Origin: Giardia intestinalis | Taxonomy: Eukaryota | Length of the DNA: 64,000 nucleotides | Direction: 5' to 3' (one strand) | Assembly (NCBI GenBank): GCA_000002435.2 | Contig: CM018793.1 | Part shown: piece after piece, positions 42,275 through 54,361 of the stretch | How positions within the stretch are numbered: position 1 is the first letter of the stretch | How the letters are laid out: each line of letters starts with the position of its first letter | The notes under the pieces: model-generated | Databases searched by the model: none | Told to the model about the DNA's origin: nothing | Seen by the model: only the letters and a program-made list of their open reading frames with translations | Translations under genes and position numbers: made by a program

Positions 42275-42457
42275 GCACAACCAGCGTCTCTTACCTTGTT
42301 CCTTGTTAGAATCTAATGGTTCTAATTCTTATTTCATCGAGTATCGTTGGACCGGAGTGTGGAGTTATAAAGCTACAGAAAGAAGAATTCTACATAATTG
42401 TATCTATCTGTAAGCTGTAAGATGCACTCTAGACTTGCTCATTGGTAAACTGGGTTT

Positions 42458-45400
42458 ATGGCCAATGAATTTGCCACTTATTATTTTCAAAAACAGCAAT
42501 CCATGCCTCCTAAGCAGCCAAAACTTCCTCCTCAGGAGAGGGATGCCGGTCGCAGCATTTCTATGCCTGCTAGGGTTAATGCTGCAGAATCTGGGCACGA
42601 AAAAAAGGATTGCAAGCTGAAGGGACCCCCAGCCCATTTGCCAAAGATAGGTTCCCCTGCTGCAGATACTCACTTAGCTAGACTACCTAGCCCCTTGGCT
42701 TCTCCTAGCACGTCACCGACTGTGCCTCTAGGTCCCTCTTTAGCTGGAAGTGAAAGGGACCCAAACATTCCCAGGCTGGGAACACCAACCGCATGTTCTG
42801 AAGACTCTCCTCAAATAACTAATAAGCACGAAGTTACTCCTGAGTCACATGATTTATGCACTACCCCACTTAGTCCAGATATTCAGTTCGATGGCGAATC
42901 CCCTCGAGACCGTACCTCTCCGAAGCCGCTCTCCTCCAGCTTTGTAAAGCGGAAGTACAAGCAAAGCATCGAAAAGTATAAGAGCTCAAAGATGAATCCT
43001 CCTCCGCCTAAGCTGCATCTAGCAGACCTTCCTCCAACGCACCCAGATCATCGAAATCCTAAAGATTACCTGGAGCGTCTGAGAACCCCGAGTCCGGTGT
43101 TGCTTACTCCATCTCCTCTTTCTCATACTGTAACGCGAAATAACACGCCGGTAACTAGCAACCAGGACCAAATGGAGGAACGCCTTTTGACACCAGTGGA
43201 GTCGCTGACCGATTGTCTTACTCTCAGCCCTCAACTATCCGGCTCTCAGCGCCCACAGCTTAACGACAAAGCTAGACCTCGCTCGCCTTATGATAGTAAG
43301 GTCATAGAGGACCTCATCCTGGAACGGCTCGTTACTCCTGAGCTTGTGAGCCACGGGAAAGCACAGTCGCTCGATAAAGAGTTCCATTTTCCAAACTGTG
43401 ATGAGGACTCTTCGGCCGCCGCATTCAAGATGGATGCATCCTTTGTTTCCCGCTTGGAGACTCCAGGGGGGATGTCCTTCTCGAGACCTTTTTCTCGGTT
43501 GAATAGTAACATTCCCTTTTACATGCCCGATGCAGAGAACTACCCTGAAAACGGCATACCAGATATTGCGGACTATGACGACAATCTAATATCGCTAAAC
43601 GATTGTCCACAAGACTATTCCACGATTGTCCCTGCACCGGCTCGTCCAGCGGATGCTTCTTATTCAGCCCCATCGTCCATAGTTCATGATTCTCTTGAGG
43701 GTAGTATCTCTGTTCATAATAGACTTCAGCCAGGAAAGCATCCTATGCAATATATTGATAGCCTTCCAGCAGTAGAGAGTAGCTGTACCGCTGATGATGA
43801 GAAGGTGACGGTTAATGCAACTGGACAAAATAGATATCCAGTGGACCGAGATGCTGAGGCTTGTCTGGAAACATTTGACTTACTTATTCCAGAGACACGG
43901 AAAGATAACCAATCTATCTATAAGCGCGCAACACTTAACATTCCAAGTAAGAATATCTGTAGAATCTGTCGCTACCCCCTCTACAAGCCAGTAGTACTGA
44001 ACTGTGCACACACATTTTGTGCAGAGTGCATGTACTACTCTCTCCTACTATGGGAGGGCAAGTGTCCCATCTGCGATGCTCATGTTTCTCATTTGCCACA
44101 CGTCGATGAGACAATTTCAGAACAACTGGCTTCACAGCTGGGACTTCAAGTACATCTGGGTGTGGGGGATGTTGCCCGTGTGCTCGTACCAAGCGGGAAA
44201 ATAGCGACATACTCATGTGGAATTATTACTGCCATCCAGGACGGCTTTAGCTTCGAGAGTGCCGATGGAATCCATGTTCGTTCTACCCAGGTGTCAAGCA
44301 TAACAACAAAGCAGGTGCAGCAGAATAATAAGTGCTCTGGTATGCCATGCAAGATAGCTACGGTTCAATGCGGGTCCTCAATCTGGCTTGGTCGGCTGCA
44401 TGACCTTTTACTTGTGGATCCACAAACGCTCCCTCTAGGAACGCGGCTTAACACCAGGTCTCTCTGCATACCTGACTCCGCTGCCCCCAATCTTATCAGT
44501 GCTTTGTCTATAGAACCACCCCTAGGCAGTTCAGACTATGACAAGAAGGAGCAAACCGCTTTGGAAAGTGGTCCTATTAATTATATAGAACCCCGGTTTC
44601 TGCACACTTTCAAACATATGCTCAACAATCTGTCAGAAGGAACGTCTATGTACATGCTCCTAGAAGAGTCTTTTGGATCGGATAAGACCACTCTTTTTTC
44701 AACCACTTTGGAGAAGATAGAGGGTCCTCCGACCAGCTCCCTACTACGTATTTGCACAGACCTTTCCGAATGGCTTTTGATGCCTGCTATTTGTTGTGTT
44801 AATTGTAAGATGGTTGCGCAACTACCAATCCAACTCCAATGCGGGTGCCTATCGTGTATGATTTGTTCCTTTGATTGCTACCATCACGGCTGGCCCTGCT
44901 TTGGTTGCGGGGCACCCATCACATTTCTAGGTCTAAGCTTTAGCAGACTACGTGCTAACCCCCAGACTAGTGCGCAATACAATCTTCCTCTGAAGGACTT
45001 GAAACCCCTCGGGGTTATTCCAATGGACACAAAGATTTTACTGGCGATATCAGGCACAAAAGCAGGGAACCCCTATCTGAGCAAATACTTCCCTGTCCAC
45101 GTTCTTCAGGACTCTGGAACAGATTCATCGTTCGGGCTTTTGCTGACAGAGCCGAGCGAGAAGACGGCAAAGGTAATGCTCAAGTCTGGAACAGTGCTCA
45201 CAGTCGATGTCAGTCGAATCCGGCATATTCCTTTAGACTCTGTGCGATTAGCACTTCGTGTCCAAACGCCACTGACTGTCACATTTAATCTTCAAACGGA
45301 AAGCTCTGCACCAGCCCAACTTCCGCTGCTATGTCTGACAGATATGGCTGTACCCAGACAATTTGTTACTAGGCTCGGAAGACACAAGAGCACAACCGCA

Positions 45401-46669
45401 GACGATCGATCTATCACATCACTGTCCATCTTTACCATGGTCTATAACACCGATAGTTTTCTGCATCAAATGCGTGTCTTAGTTGACGAGATCAATGCCC
45501 ACAATAAGGAAGTACGTCGCGCACGTTTGCATGCGAAATACAAAGTAGAGTACACTGCGCGAATAGGCAATGGAGAGCCTCCTATACCAGAAGAAGAAGG
45601 CCAGCGGTCCGACCTGCCTATCCCCACAACAACTCTGCAAGAAGCAATGGCTCTGTCCCAAAATGAGTATTTCAACGAACAATTCAATGACCTTACCAAG
45701 CGCCAGGAGGAGATTGAGCGAGAGCTACGCCTATTTGGCATTCTAGAATGCAGCAGACTGTCAAACTACATTAAGCTTTTGTCTAGCTTCGCTATTTCTG
45801 AGTTTATCTGCACTGCCTGTACACGCATAGCCATACGACCTGTGCGGCTTCCATGCAATCACCTAGCGTGCAAGACCTGTGCAGCAATATACTATGTCTC
45901 GCAAACTCCGTGTCTAATGTGTGGTAGGCTCTTAGAAAATATTGCCGATGCTAAGTCAGACCTCAGGACCTTCCAAAAGATTTGTAGTCATATCCCAGGA
46001 AAGCTGCATACAGAGCAAGTAGATTGTGGGGCCTATGTTTGTAAGCCAGCAAATCGTAACATAGGCGTGGGAATCGTTCTAAATACTATGAGTCGGGGAG
46101 GCATCATTTTCGCGACCGTTGGTTTTGTTCGGTCTATTGAGACATTCCGCCTGGCCGAGTTAGCTGTTCTTCTTCCTGTTATGGAGCTTTGCCAAGTTAA
46201 TGGGACAAAGAGCTCTGACACCCCTATGCCGATTGAAAACCCTAGTGATACGATTGGGCAGGCATGCATTGTGGTCGCTGATGGGCCTTATAAGGACATT
46301 CTTGGCCTCATCGTGAGGAAGAATGGCCCGAAAGGAAAGGTGACACTTACTGTAGTTCTGGAGGTAGGGATCGTGGTACCATTCAGCCCTGCAGACTTGC
46401 ACATCATCAAACTGATGGGTCCGCTTTGCAATTACTCTAAGTTTCGAATGTATGCTCAAATGGCTGAGAAGAGCTTCATAGCTCAAGAACGACATGCATT
46501 CAGTGTCGAGGTGGAAGCAGCTGTGCAGAAAGAGCTGGAAGTCACCACTAATCTATGCCTGGCTGGAAAGGCACCTCCGCCACCACGAACGGTCTACTCT
46601 TGCTTGCCACGAATGAATGTGGTGAGCACCAAGAGATTTTCGTCCCGCTCAAACCATTCCAGGCCATAA
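42458..46669 (+). CDS. Multi-RING-finger protein (putative E3 ubiquitin ligase), 1403 aa, Pro/Ser-rich N-terminus
   Basis: Three RING-like Cys clusters. C3HC4 at CRICRYPLYKPVVLNCAHTFCAECMYYSLLLWEGKCPICD. Cys-rich CCVNCKMVAQLPIQLQCGCLSCMICSFDCYHHGWPCFGCG. C3HC4 at CTACTRIAIRPVRLPCNHLACKTCAAIYYVSQTPCLMCG. Confidence 0.75.
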   Translation: MANEFATYYFQKQQSMPPKQPKLPPQERDAGRSISMPARVNAAESGHEKKDCKLKGPPAHLPKIGSPAADTHLARLPSPLASPSTSPTVPLGPSLAGSERDPNIPRLGTPTACSEDSPQITNKHEVTPESHDLCTTPLSPDIQFDGESPRDRTSPKPLSSSFVKRKYKQSIEKYKSSKMNPPPPKLHLADLPPTHPDHRNPKDYLERLRTPSPVLLTPSPLSHTVTRNNTPVTSNQDQMEERLLTPVESLTDCLTLSPQLSGSQRPQLNDKARPRSPYDSKVIEDLILERLVTPELVSHGKAQSLDKEFHFPNCDEDSSAAAFKMDASFVSRLETPGGMSFSRPFSRLNSNIPFYMPDAENYPENGIPDIADYDDNLISLNDCPQDYSTIVPAPARPADASYSAPSSIVHDSLEGSISVHNRLQPGKHPMQYIDSLPAVESSCTADDEKVTVNATGQNRYPVDRDAEACLETFDLLIPETRKDNQSIYKRATLNIPSKNICRICRYPLYKPVVLNCAHTFCAECMYYSLLLWEGKCPICDAHVSHLPHVDETISEQLASQLGLQVHLGVGDVARVLVPSGKIATYSCGIITAIQDGFSFESADGIHVRSTQVSSITTKQVQQNNKCSGMPCKIATVQCGSSIWLGRLHDLLLVDPQTLPLGTRLNTRSLCIPDSAAPNLISALSIEPPLGSSDYDKKEQTALESGPINYIEPRFLHTFKHMLNNLSEGTSMYMLLEESFGSDKTTLFSTTLEKIEGPPTSSLLRICTDLSEWLLMPAICCVNCKMVAQLPIQLQCGCLSCMICSFDCYHHGWPCFGCGAPITFLGLSFSRLRANPQTSAQYNLPLKDLKPLGVIPMDTKILLAISGTKAGNPYLSKYFPVHVLQDSGTDSSFGLLLTEPSEKTAKVMLKSGTVLTVDVSRIRHIPLDSVRLALRVQTPLTVTFNLQTESSAPAQLPLLCLTDMAVPRQFVTRLGRHKSTTADDRSITSLSIFTMVYNTDSFLHQMRVLVDEINAHNKEVRRARLHAKYKVEYTARIGNGEPPIPEEEGQRSDLPIPTTTLQEAMALSQNEYFNEQFNDLTKRQEEIERELRLFGILECSRLSNYIKLLSSFAISEFICTACTRIAIRPVRLPCNHLACKTCAAIYYVSQTPCLMCGRLLENIADAKSDLRTFQKICSHIPGKLHTEQVDCGAYVCKPANRNIGVGIVLNTMSRGGIIFATVGFVRSIETFRLAELAVLLPVMELCQVNGTKSSDTPMPIENPSDTIGQACIVVADGPYKDILGLIVRKNGPKGKVTLTVVLEVGIVVPFSPADLHIIKLMGPLCNYSKFRMYAQMAEKSFIAQERHAFSVEVEAAVQKELEVTTNLCLAGKAPPPPRTVYSCLPRMNVVSTKRFSSRSNHSRP

Positions 46670-46709
46670 GAGCATAGGCGTCCGTGTGTTTACTTGGTAG
46701 CGATAAGCA

Positions 46710-47939
46710 TCACATCGCCTGGCACTGCGCACCACCGCTGCCCTGCACCTCATCGTCATCGCCACGGCCTGTGTCATATGCGTTTCGGGAGCTAGTTGCT
46801 TGCGCCTTAGTTCTGATGTTCGGATCCTTGTACTTGAGATGGAAGGTCGTCACACCGTCATGTTTCAGGGTCTTAGCGAGCTCAATGGACTGTCTCGTCG
46901 CAGGCGTCGCCAGGATGTCCATGATCTTCATGCGCTGCTCTTCAGTTAATAACTTAGGCTCCACAACATTGAACGTGATGAAGAGAGTACCGGTTTCGTG
47001 ACTGAGACCTTGCACCGGCATGCCAAGGCCTTCACAGGCCAGAACTTTGCCTTGTCGCACTGGTTCATTGGGTGGCACGTAGATTGTCACCTTTTCCTTG
47101 TTTAGATGAGTAAAGGTATAGGAGAAACCGCAAAGAGACTCTTCCAGAGATATGTCTTTTGTCATGAACAGATCTGCCTCCTTTCGCGTGTAAATCTTAT
47201 GTGGGACCTGTTTGACAATGATGACTAGATCGCCTGCGGTGCAGTCAGGAGCCCAGTCGCCTTCGCCGTAATGAGGGATCTGGAAGCCATCAAACGCTCC
47301 CGGCTCGATGTGGACGTCAATCTTTGCCATATCTACCATTACGCGCTTGCCCTTGCACTTCGGGCAGATGAGTGACGGATCGGTGATGCGTTCTCCTGTC
47401 CCGCTGCATGACTTACAGGTCGTTTGGCGCTGCGTAATCATGGGCCCCATCTGCTGCGTGATAACAACGACTCCGTTACCCTTGCAATCGGGGCATTTCT
47501 TGATGGCGTCTGCCGTCTTGCCACCTACGCCGTTACACTGCGAGCACTGACGCTGGCGCTTTACGGAGACAGACGTGCGCTTTCCGGTGTAGAGCTCTTC
47601 GAGGGTACAGGAGACTTCCTGTCCAATCGGCTGGCATTGCTTGGGGCCACGGTTGGAAGAACGGCCTCCACCCGTGAACATGCTGAAGATGTCGAACGGG
47701 CTGCCGGACATTGGCTGGCCTTCTATGCCCTTCTCGCCATAGTTGTCGTAGTTTTCACGCTTGGTTGGGTCGGAAAGCACCTCGTAGGCCCGTCCGATTT
47801 TCTTGAAGAGCTCCTCATCGCCCGTAGGCTTGTCCGGGTGGTACTTTTGCGCAAGCTTGTAGTACGCCTTCTTGATGGTCTGTGGGTCCGCCGAGGGGGA
47901 CACGCCGAGCAAGTCGTAAAACTCTGTCTCCTTGACCAT
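46710..47939 (-). CDS. DnaJ/Hsp40 type I (DNAJA/Ydj1-like) with C-terminal CaaX box CQAM
   Basis: J domain [31 protein letters not shown] with HPD. G/F region follows. Four CxxCxGxG zinc-finger repeats ([32 protein letters not shown]). C-terminal prenylation motif CQAM. Confidence 0.9.
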   Translation of the reverse strand: MVKETEFYDLLGVSPSADPQTIKKAYYKLAQKYHPDKPTGDEELFKKIGRAYEVLSDPTKRENYDNYGEKGIEGQPMSGSPFDIFSMFTGGGRSSNRGPKQCQPIGQEVSCTLEELYTGKRTSVSVKRQRQCSQCNGVGGKTADAIKKCPDCKGNGVVVITQQMGPMITQRQTTCKSCSGTGERITDPSLICPKCKGKRVMVDMAKIDVHIEPGAFDGFQIPHYGEGDWAPDCTAGDLVIIVKQVPHKIYTRKEADLFMTKDISLEESLCGFSYTFTHLNKEKVTIYVPPNEPVRQGKVLACEGLGMPVQGLSHETGTLFITFNVVEPKLLTEEQRMKIMDILATPATRQSIELAKTLKHDGVTTFHLKYKDPNIRTKAQATSSRNAYDTGRGDDDEVQGSGGAQCQAM

Positions 47940-48041
47940 GGGCCCTTATCAATTATTTTTTTGCAATTGATTTGATCTTTCGAATATATTGGCACAGACG
48001 GCCCAATATAGGCTCGCCAATTTACTCTGGTGTCTGGGAGA

Positions 48042-48362
48042 TCAGAAAACGACACTGCCCTTAGACTTCTTTGTGGCACCCAAGCGGCTAATCTCGAGGC
48101 GGTGACAGCGCTTCAGAACCTGGAACGTCTGGCACTTGCAGGATGAGCACGTGAGCCTGATGACTTGCTTCTTTGTTGTCTTGGCCTTCCTGCGGAAGAT
48201 GGGCTTGGTCTGACCACCAAAACCTCTTTGCTTGCGGTCGTAACGTCTCTTACCTTGGGCTAAGAGAGAGTCCTTGCCCTTCTTGTAGAGCGATGCCTTG
48301 TGAACGGTGTGCTTTCCCTCGCGCTTGCAGAAGGTCCTGCGCTCTGCCGGATATGTCACCAT
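48042..48362 (-). CDS. RPL36A: 60S ribosomal protein eL42 (L44e/L36a)
   Basis: [58 protein letters not shown] is near-collinear with eukaryotic L36a ([58 protein letters not shown]). Confidence 0.9.
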   Translation of the reverse strand: MVTYPAERRTFCKREGKHTVHKASLYKKGKDSLLAQGKRRYDRKQRGFGGQTKPIFRRKAKTTKKQVIRLTCSSCKCQTFQVLKRCHRLEISRLGATKKSKGSVVF

Positions 48363-48489
48363 GTCCTTCGGCCGCTGCTGTTAAGTAGCATGCAAAGCTA
48401 ATTCAATTTGCATTTATTTTTTTGGATTTTAGGTGCGGCAGCGAATCCATATTAAATTGAAATATTGGAGCATTAATCAACTCCTCGGG

Positions 48490-48909
48490 ATGTCGTCCGT
48501 CACAAGGGTTCCCGCAGACGTTTTCATCAACAGCTTCGCGGCTCACCTCAAGAACCGCGGTATAATAAAGTGCCCCGCGTTCACAGACTACGTTAAGACG
48601 GGCGTCTCGCGCCAGTACGCCCCCAGGGACGCCGATTGGTTTTACATCAAGGCGGCCTCCGTCATCAGGCACTTCTACATCTCTGGGAGCCATTCCATCG
48701 GCGTGGCTGGGCTGGCCCGAAAGTACAGTAGCCTCCAGAAGGGCAAAACCACCCCGCACCACACAAAGAGAGCCAGCTGCAAGGTCATCAGGTCTATAGT
48801 CTCTCAGTTCCTCGGCCAGAAGCTCCTCATAGCCGGCGAGAGGGGCCGCCACATCTCTCCGAACGGGCGAAAGATGGTCGAGGACTTTGCAGAGGGCCTC
48901 CAAAAATAA
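48490..48909 (+). CDS. RPS19: 40S ribosomal protein eS19; likely start at Met 48490 rather than ORF-track Met 48433
   Basis: VPADVFINSFAAHLKNRG, DADWFYIKAASVIRHFYISG and GVAGLARKYSS match eS19 ([45 protein letters not shown]). Stop TAA 48907-48909. Confidence 0.9.
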   Translation: MSSVTRVPADVFINSFAAHLKNRGIIKCPAFTDYVKTGVSRQYAPRDADWFYIKAASVIRHFYISGSHSIGVAGLARKYSSLQKGKTTPHHTKRASCKVIRSIVSQFLGQKLLIAGERGRHISPNGRKMVEDFAEGLQK

Positions 48910-49224
48910 ATGGAAGTAAACGGGCCGAGAAAGCGCCTTCGCTCTTCTTCCCAGAGAGAGGTTTCCCAAGAGGTCGACGTGGCGGACCTGCTGCAGAAAA
49001 CGCGGCAGATTCGGCGGCTCACAGGCGTGATACACGAGACGGTAGAGGCGCAAACAGAGCTACTCGGTGATGCCAGCAGCGAGCTTGCACATATCCAGAG
49101 TGGAATGGAAGCGATGACCGCAGGAATAAAGAAGGCTCGGCGGTACATCATGACGCACCCCAGACGCTCTATCTGCACCACTCTGCTTATTATCTTGGTC
49201 TTGCTGTACATGGTTCTCCATTAG
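48910..49224 (+). CDS. Small tail-anchored protein with a heptad coiled coil, possibly a Bet1/Sft1-like SNARE (tentative)
   Basis: 104 aa. Predicted coiled-coil segment QIRRLTGVIHETVEAQTELLGDASSELAHIQSGMEAMTAGIKKARRYI is followed by C-terminal TM SICTTLLIILVLLYMV. Its ATG directly abuts the eS19 stop (taaATG). Confidence 0.45.
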   Translation: MEVNGPRKRLRSSSQREVSQEVDVADLLQKTRQIRRLTGVIHETVEAQTELLGDASSELAHIQSGMEAMTAGIKKARRYIMTHPRRSICTTLLIILVLLYMVLH

Positions 49225-49230
49225 GACTGT

Positions 49231-52200
49231 TTACTGCATGAACTCCAGCGCAAGCAGACTGCCAGCATCAGCGCTGATGACCATGGAATTATTCAAGACC
49301 GCACTACATAGGATGCGCCCAGAATCAATTGTGAGTGTCTGCACGCACTCTGGCGTTGTTGCTCTGATGTCCCACAGCTTGATAGAGCCGTCCTCACAAG
49401 TGGAGATCATCATGTCTCTGTTCATAAACACGCTTACAACGCCTTTTGTAACGCTTGCAGGGCTGTTAGTGACGAACAAGCATCGTGACTTTGCCTTTCC
49501 CTGGTCAAGATTGTCGAGTCGCATGTCCCACAGACGGACGGTTCCGTCTGCACTCCCTGTAACGCACAGTTCCGAGTGCTCCTTGCAAATATAGCAGCTG
49601 AGGAGGACGTCTGGGTGTCCAAGGCACCTTGCGCGCTCCCGTCCCTCAATCAAATCCCAGCAAATCGCAGAGCAGTCGCGGCTTCCGGTCAGAGCATATG
49701 AAGAGCAAGTGTCAGCACACGTAGCCTTTGCTGTGTGTGTTCCGAGCATTGCGGAGTTGCCATCCATTGGACTCCACTCCATAATGACTCCAGAGTCCCC
49801 GCCACTCACCACGCATCGCCTCTCTTTGTCTGCCAGCACAGAGATGCAGGACACTGATCCATTAGGATAAGCAATTAGCTGATAGGGGTCCCCAACACTG
49901 GGCCAGGCCGCAAGATAGCCCTTATCATTTCCTGCGCAGAGCAAGTTGCCACCAATCGTCGAGCAAGTCACACCTGGGCATTCTATTACGTCCTCTGCCG
50001 CAATAATATCAAAGGCTCCTTTAATGGTGCTCGCCTTATTGAAGTCGTCGCGGCTCAATGGCTTAACTTTCCATATGCGCAGAAATGCCCCGTCGGATCC
50101 AACCACAAAACCAAACATGGGATCCACGCTTACCTTGTCAAAGTACATATTTGAAAGAGTTGCCTGGTCAAAGATTGAGCGCTGTACACATAGTAGTTCT
50201 TTCCAAGCACTTGCATTAAAGCTTGACTGAGGCGGGATAGCCTCCACAAGATCATGAAGAGATGACGCAATAACGGCCGCATTGGTACACTGCACGCTAG
50301 ATCGTCTGGCAGCATTTGCCATGTGTCGCTGATCACTCTTAGGCTGAAGGTGCTCTGTCGTTAGAAGGCTTTGCGATACATTTATTGGCCTCCCACCCGA
50401 CGCGGCGTCCTGCTGCGGACCTTGTGAATTTATATTTATCATTGAACTAGATGCAACCTTGTTGGCAGAAGACGATTGCTGAAGATCGTGGAAGATTGCC
50501 ACTATTTCATCATAGGTGTAGCCCCTTGTCTGCTCTAAAAGCGCAACGCGTACCTCCAAGGATGAAATGATACTCGTCTTCTTTTCTAGCTCTTCGCGCA
50601 TCGCCTCCATCCGAGTGCTCAGTTCTCCGAACAGAGTTTTCGTTGAGCCGCCCACGGCATCCTGGCGAAGCCGCAGCATCTCGTCTCCCAGCTTTTGCTG
50701 GCTATCAATGAGATTCTTTATGGAGATTGATGACGCAGTAGCTTCCTTTGTTAAACGGGACACAATACTTTTTAGTTTCTTCACTGTGTCCTCCAATGCC
50801 CTTGAATCACCGCCGCCCGGGGTGGAGCAAAACGAAGAAGTGGCAGAAAGGACACCGTCTTCTCCAGTGGTGATAATCCCAGCAACACACTTTGTTGCTT
50901 CTACATTTGAAAGGAGGTCCGCAAGCCTTGACTCACAAGAAGTCAGCCGCTCGCTATACTCATCGAATATGTGCTCAACTCTTTCCTTAGTTGCTGTAGA
51001 GTCACTCTTTAGATCGTCCTTTATAATGTCTATATATCCATAGCACTTGTCAAAGAGGACCTCAAGGTCACTAGCGTTGCTTAGAGACTTGCCAAAGTCT
51101 CGCGGTGGTATCTCTGTAGCAGAGCTGCATGAGGACGCAGCTATTGAGGCAACATCCGCCTCTAATTTGATAATCTTGCGATTCTGCTCCTCTATCACTT
51201 GCTCTGCACTGTCGTTGGCCCTTCGAAGCCCTTCGATATCTATGTTAGCGTCAGTAATCATCCTACGGATCCCCTCGGTATTAGCCTCTATCAGTGCTCC
51301 CGATGTTGCTTCAATAAGATCTTTTGTGGCAACCATACATTCTGCTATTATTTCATCCCTAGAGTTTCTATCAAGGCATGTTTGCTTTTCCTTAGCTATA
51401 GATTCGGATACAGTGGCATGCACTTTGGAGAGATCGTCCCGAAGGGAGGAGATCAGCGTGGTAAGTTCTAACCTTAAGTCGCCGACCGCCTTTGCTATGA
51501 CTGGAGCTGAGGTGTTTTGAATAAAAAGCAGCGATGTGTCGTCGCGCTTCAGGACGTCGTCAGTCCCCTCTGCAAGGAGCTTTTTCTCGATGAGATCTTG
51601 TCTTGCAACGTGTCTGTCAGTAAGTTCAGACAGCTCTTTCGTTCGTGTGTCCAAGGCAGATAGAAGCGAGTCCATCCGTTGACACTTGGCTTGGACCTCG
51701 TTGAGGTCATAACTAACTATGTACTTAACAGCCTCTTGCATAGAGCACTGGCGCCCATTCTCGCCTTCGCAGAACTGATGGACTTGAGTACTAAGCTGGT
51801 CCAATAACTCGTTTATATTTGAAACTGCCTGTCGCGTCTCAGTTATAGTTTTGCTATTATGCGCTGATGTCGATTCCAGATTGAGGATGCGAAGCTCGTG
51901 GGATTGGACGTCCGTTTTGAGGACATATTTAGCAGAGGACGTCTCCAAACGCTGTACTGTGGAGTTGATGCCCTTTATTGTTTCAAATGCAGTGTCGATG
52001 TCCAACTTGAGTGCATCCTGTACCCCGTTGCACTGAAGGCGAGCACTTGTCAGAATCTCAGACTGAGTCTTTGTGAGCTCTCCTTGGAGGAGCTTGCGGC
52101 ACTCACCCATGATTTCCGATTTTATTATCTCAGGGTGAAAAGTCTGTTGCCGTTGGGAAGCAGCAGTCGATGATGCAATATTAGCTGCGCGTGAAAGCCC

Positions 52201-53844
52201 ATCGTTGAGCTCGGCTCGTAAAACAGAAAGCTCGTTCTCCATTTGAGCGCGTAGCGCAGCCACATCTGCTGACGAATACGAATAGGGACCGCCAGAAGAA
52301 GAGCTTATAGTCATGGGCGCTTGGCCTTGGCCTCCATTGCGAAGCTCGAGCATAGCGCGATCAAGAGTGCTCAGCCTAGTGGCCATGTTTTCACTAAGCG
52401 CATTATGTGCATCTGTAAGCATGGTGACTTTGTGCATAGCTTCAGAGAGTTGCTGGGAAAAAAGCGGGAAATCGGGCCCATCTGCGCGCCTCTTGACTTC
52501 CTCCTCCATCTGGGCATATGGTCTAGAATTAGCGCGCCGCGGCGCACTCCGCGTTGGAGTCCATCCCCGACCGCTAAGCAAATCGTCTCCGTCCAGTGGT
52601 TGATCCGGGACGTTAAAGGAGACAGACGTCCGTTGTGACTCTGGTTTGCTACCGCTACGTACGGATTTATTCGGAGTGAGGTCAGCAGCAACGTCATAGG
52701 ACCCAGAGGCTGTTACATAGTTGTGCATTCCATCATGCAGTTGCGTTTCTGTGAGGATCTGCAAGTAGTCCTCCCTCCCTAGTCCTGCTTTGCTGAGATT
52801 TAAGCACCAAAACTCCGCAGCTATACCTTCACGCCCTCTTCCACCAAGTATAAATAGACGATAATTCCCAGAACGACTCTGCCACAGAACAATGGCATGG
52901 TTACTACGTGGTTGAGGAGTAAGATCTGACTCTGGGATACGTTTCCAAATCCTGTTTGTCTCGTAAAGAATCCAGGTATCAGCAAGCTTCTGATCATGCT
53001 GCTTTCCATACTCGCCACCGTGAATAAGAAGACGACCTTCTCCTACTGGAACTGCGCAGTGGAATGCCCGAGACATTGGCCCATTCTTCTGCACGGGAAG
53101 AAGCTCCCATTTGTGATTGGGGTAAAGCTTCCAGCAATGGCTCAGAAAACCATTTGCACTTATTCCTCCAAAGAGTAGGCAGTGATTATTGACCATCGTC
53201 GTCAGTGTTGCTCCCATGCATGGCTCCGGCTGGTCACAGTCCCTATAGGGATTTATAGACCATGTATTAGTATCTAGGTTATAGTACCACGTCTGTGTAG
53301 AAAGCTGCTTGTTGGACACGCCGCCGAAAAGCACCAACTCGGATGCACCGAGGCGTGCCAAGCAGTGGGAACTGAGGGCGGGGGGAGGAGAGCGCTGGCT
53401 GACTCCATGAATTTCCTCAAAGACCCCCGTCGCCAAGTCGCACCTCCAAAAGTCGCTGAGGTACCTCGTTCCGTCGATTCCTCCGTATATGTAAAGGTAA
53501 TCTTTGTGGTTCCAACGAACGAGGCAGGCAGCGTGCTTGGTGCGGGCACAAGGGCACGAAGGAGAAACCTTTTCAACTGGAACCTCTGCCCAGACCCTTG
53601 TATCAAGATTGAAGGCGCCAAGGGTATTGAACGCGGTAATGCCATCGCTCCCGCCAAAAACGTATATCATTGGCTCAAGAAACACGGCTGTATGATTACA
53701 CCTCATGACATAGTGCTCCATCTCCGGCCGAAACAGAGACACGTACTCTGAACTGCTCACAGAGGCCCGCGTCATGAATGCCAATTTTTTGGTTCCTATT
53801 GAAACAAGCGAATGTTTACAGAAGAAACGCTCAAGAGAAAGCAC
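49231..53844 (-). CDS. Giant Kelch-repeat / coiled-coil / WD40-repeat protein (1537 aa), likely cytoskeletal
   Basis: N-terminal Kelch blades ([55 protein letters not shown]). A ~700-aa heptad-rich central region follows. C-terminal WD40 repeats ([27 protein letters not shown]). Confidence 0.75.
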   Translation of the reverse strand: MLSLERFFCKHSLVSIGTKKLAFMTRASVSSSEYVSLFRPEMEHYVMRCNHTAVFLEPMIYVFGGSDGITAFNTLGAFNLDTRVWAEVPVEKVSPSCPCARTKHAACLVRWNHKDYLYIYGGIDGTRYLSDFWRCDLATGVFEEIHGVSQRSPPPALSSHCLARLGASELVLFGGVSNKQLSTQTWYYNLDTNTWSINPYRDCDQPEPCMGATLTTMVNNHCLLFGGISANGFLSHCWKLYPNHKWELLPVQKNGPMSRAFHCAVPVGEGRLLIHGGEYGKQHDQKLADTWILYETNRIWKRIPESDLTPQPRSNHAIVLWQSRSGNYRLFILGGRGREGIAAEFWCLNLSKAGLGREDYLQILTETQLHDGMHNYVTASGSYDVAADLTPNKSVRSGSKPESQRTSVSFNVPDQPLDGDDLLSGRGWTPTRSAPRRANSRPYAQMEEEVKRRADGPDFPLFSQQLSEAMHKVTMLTDAHNALSENMATRLSTLDRAMLELRNGGQGQAPMTISSSSGGPYSYSSADVAALRAQMENELSVLRAELNDGLSRAANIASSTAASQRQQTFHPEIIKSEIMGECRKLLQGELTKTQSEILTSARLQCNGVQDALKLDIDTAFETIKGINSTVQRLETSSAKYVLKTDVQSHELRILNLESTSAHNSKTITETRQAVSNINELLDQLSTQVHQFCEGENGRQCSMQEAVKYIVSYDLNEVQAKCQRMDSLLSALDTRTKELSELTDRHVARQDLIEKKLLAEGTDDVLKRDDTSLLFIQNTSAPVIAKAVGDLRLELTTLISSLRDDLSKVHATVSESIAKEKQTCLDRNSRDEIIAECMVATKDLIEATSGALIEANTEGIRRMITDANIDIEGLRRANDSAEQVIEEQNRKIIKLEADVASIAASSCSSATEIPPRDFGKSLSNASDLEVLFDKCYGYIDIIKDDLKSDSTATKERVEHIFDEYSERLTSCESRLADLLSNVEATKCVAGIITTGEDGVLSATSSFCSTPGGGDSRALEDTVKKLKSIVSRLTKEATASSISIKNLIDSQQKLGDEMLRLRQDAVGGSTKTLFGELSTRMEAMREELEKKTSIISSLEVRVALLEQTRGYTYDEIVAIFHDLQQSSSANKVASSSMININSQGPQQDAASGGRPINVSQSLLTTEHLQPKSDQRHMANAARRSSVQCTNAAVIASSLHDLVEAIPPQSSFNASAWKELLCVQRSIFDQATLSNMYFDKVSVDPMFGFVVGSDGAFLRIWKVKPLSRDDFNKASTIKGAFDIIAAEDVIECPGVTCSTIGGNLLCAGNDKGYLAAWPSVGDPYQLIAYPNGSVSCISVLADKERRCVVSGGDSGVIMEWSPMDGNSAMLGTHTAKATCADTCSSYALTGSRDCSAICWDLIEGRERARCLGHPDVLLSCYICKEHSELCVTGSADGTVRLWDMRLDNLDQGKAKSRCLFVTNSPASVTKGVVSVFMNRDMMISTCEDGSIKLWDIRATTPECVQTLTIDSGRILCSAVLNNSMVISADAGSLLALEFMQ

Positions 53845-54361
53845 TTGTGGACCTTAAAATAGCGATAAAGTCTTCTTCGTCAATCTCCCCGTCTCCGTCA
53901 CGGTCAAACTCCTGAATCATGGCCAAGAGCTCCTCGTCCGATATATTCTCTGACAGCTCTTTGGCCACGCGTCTCAGATTCTTGAGGGAAATGCGCCCCG
54001 TGGCGTCGTCGTCGAAAAGACGAAATGCCTTGAGAATCTCCTCTGTGGGGTCACGGTTACTTATCTTCTCTATCATCACTTCTTCAAAATCTTGAAAAGT
54101 TATCTCGCCAAGCTGGTCGCGGTCATATTCATTCATTATGCGCTGTATCTCTTCCTTCTTTACATCAAAACCAAGGGCTCGCATTGCAACTTTCAGCTCG
54201 TGGAAGTCTATGCGGCCACTACGGTCAGCATCAAAAAGGTCGAAGGCCTCGCGAATCTCATGTTTCATCTCCTCAGACACCTCTGCCCGGGTTTTCCTGC
54301 GAGGCTTCCCCGTTGATATGCTTCCCGAGGGCTTGCCTGCGCCTATGGCCGCTCTATTCAT
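53831..54361 (-). CDS. Centrin/caltractin (4 EF-hand calcium-binding protein)
   Basis: EF-hand loops [36 protein letters not shown] and [12 protein letters not shown]. Centrin-type basic N-terminal extension. Confidence 0.9.
   Translation of the reverse strand: MNRAAIGAGKPSGSISTGKPRRKTRAEVSEEMKHEIREAFDLFDADRSGRIDFHELKVAMRALGFDVKKEEIQRIMNEYDRDQLGEITFQDFEEVMIEKISNRDPTEEILKAFRLFDDDATGRISLKNLRRVAKELSENISDEELLAMIQEFDRDGDGEIDEEDFIAILRSTSAFS

Noticed and set aside
47424-47975. 183-aa plus-strand ORF
   Set aside because: Antisense to the DnaJ gene.
48403-49211. Minus-strand ORFs 48403-49053 (216 aa) and 48804-49211 (135 aa)
   Set aside because: Antisense to the strongly supported eS19 and SNARE-like ORFs.
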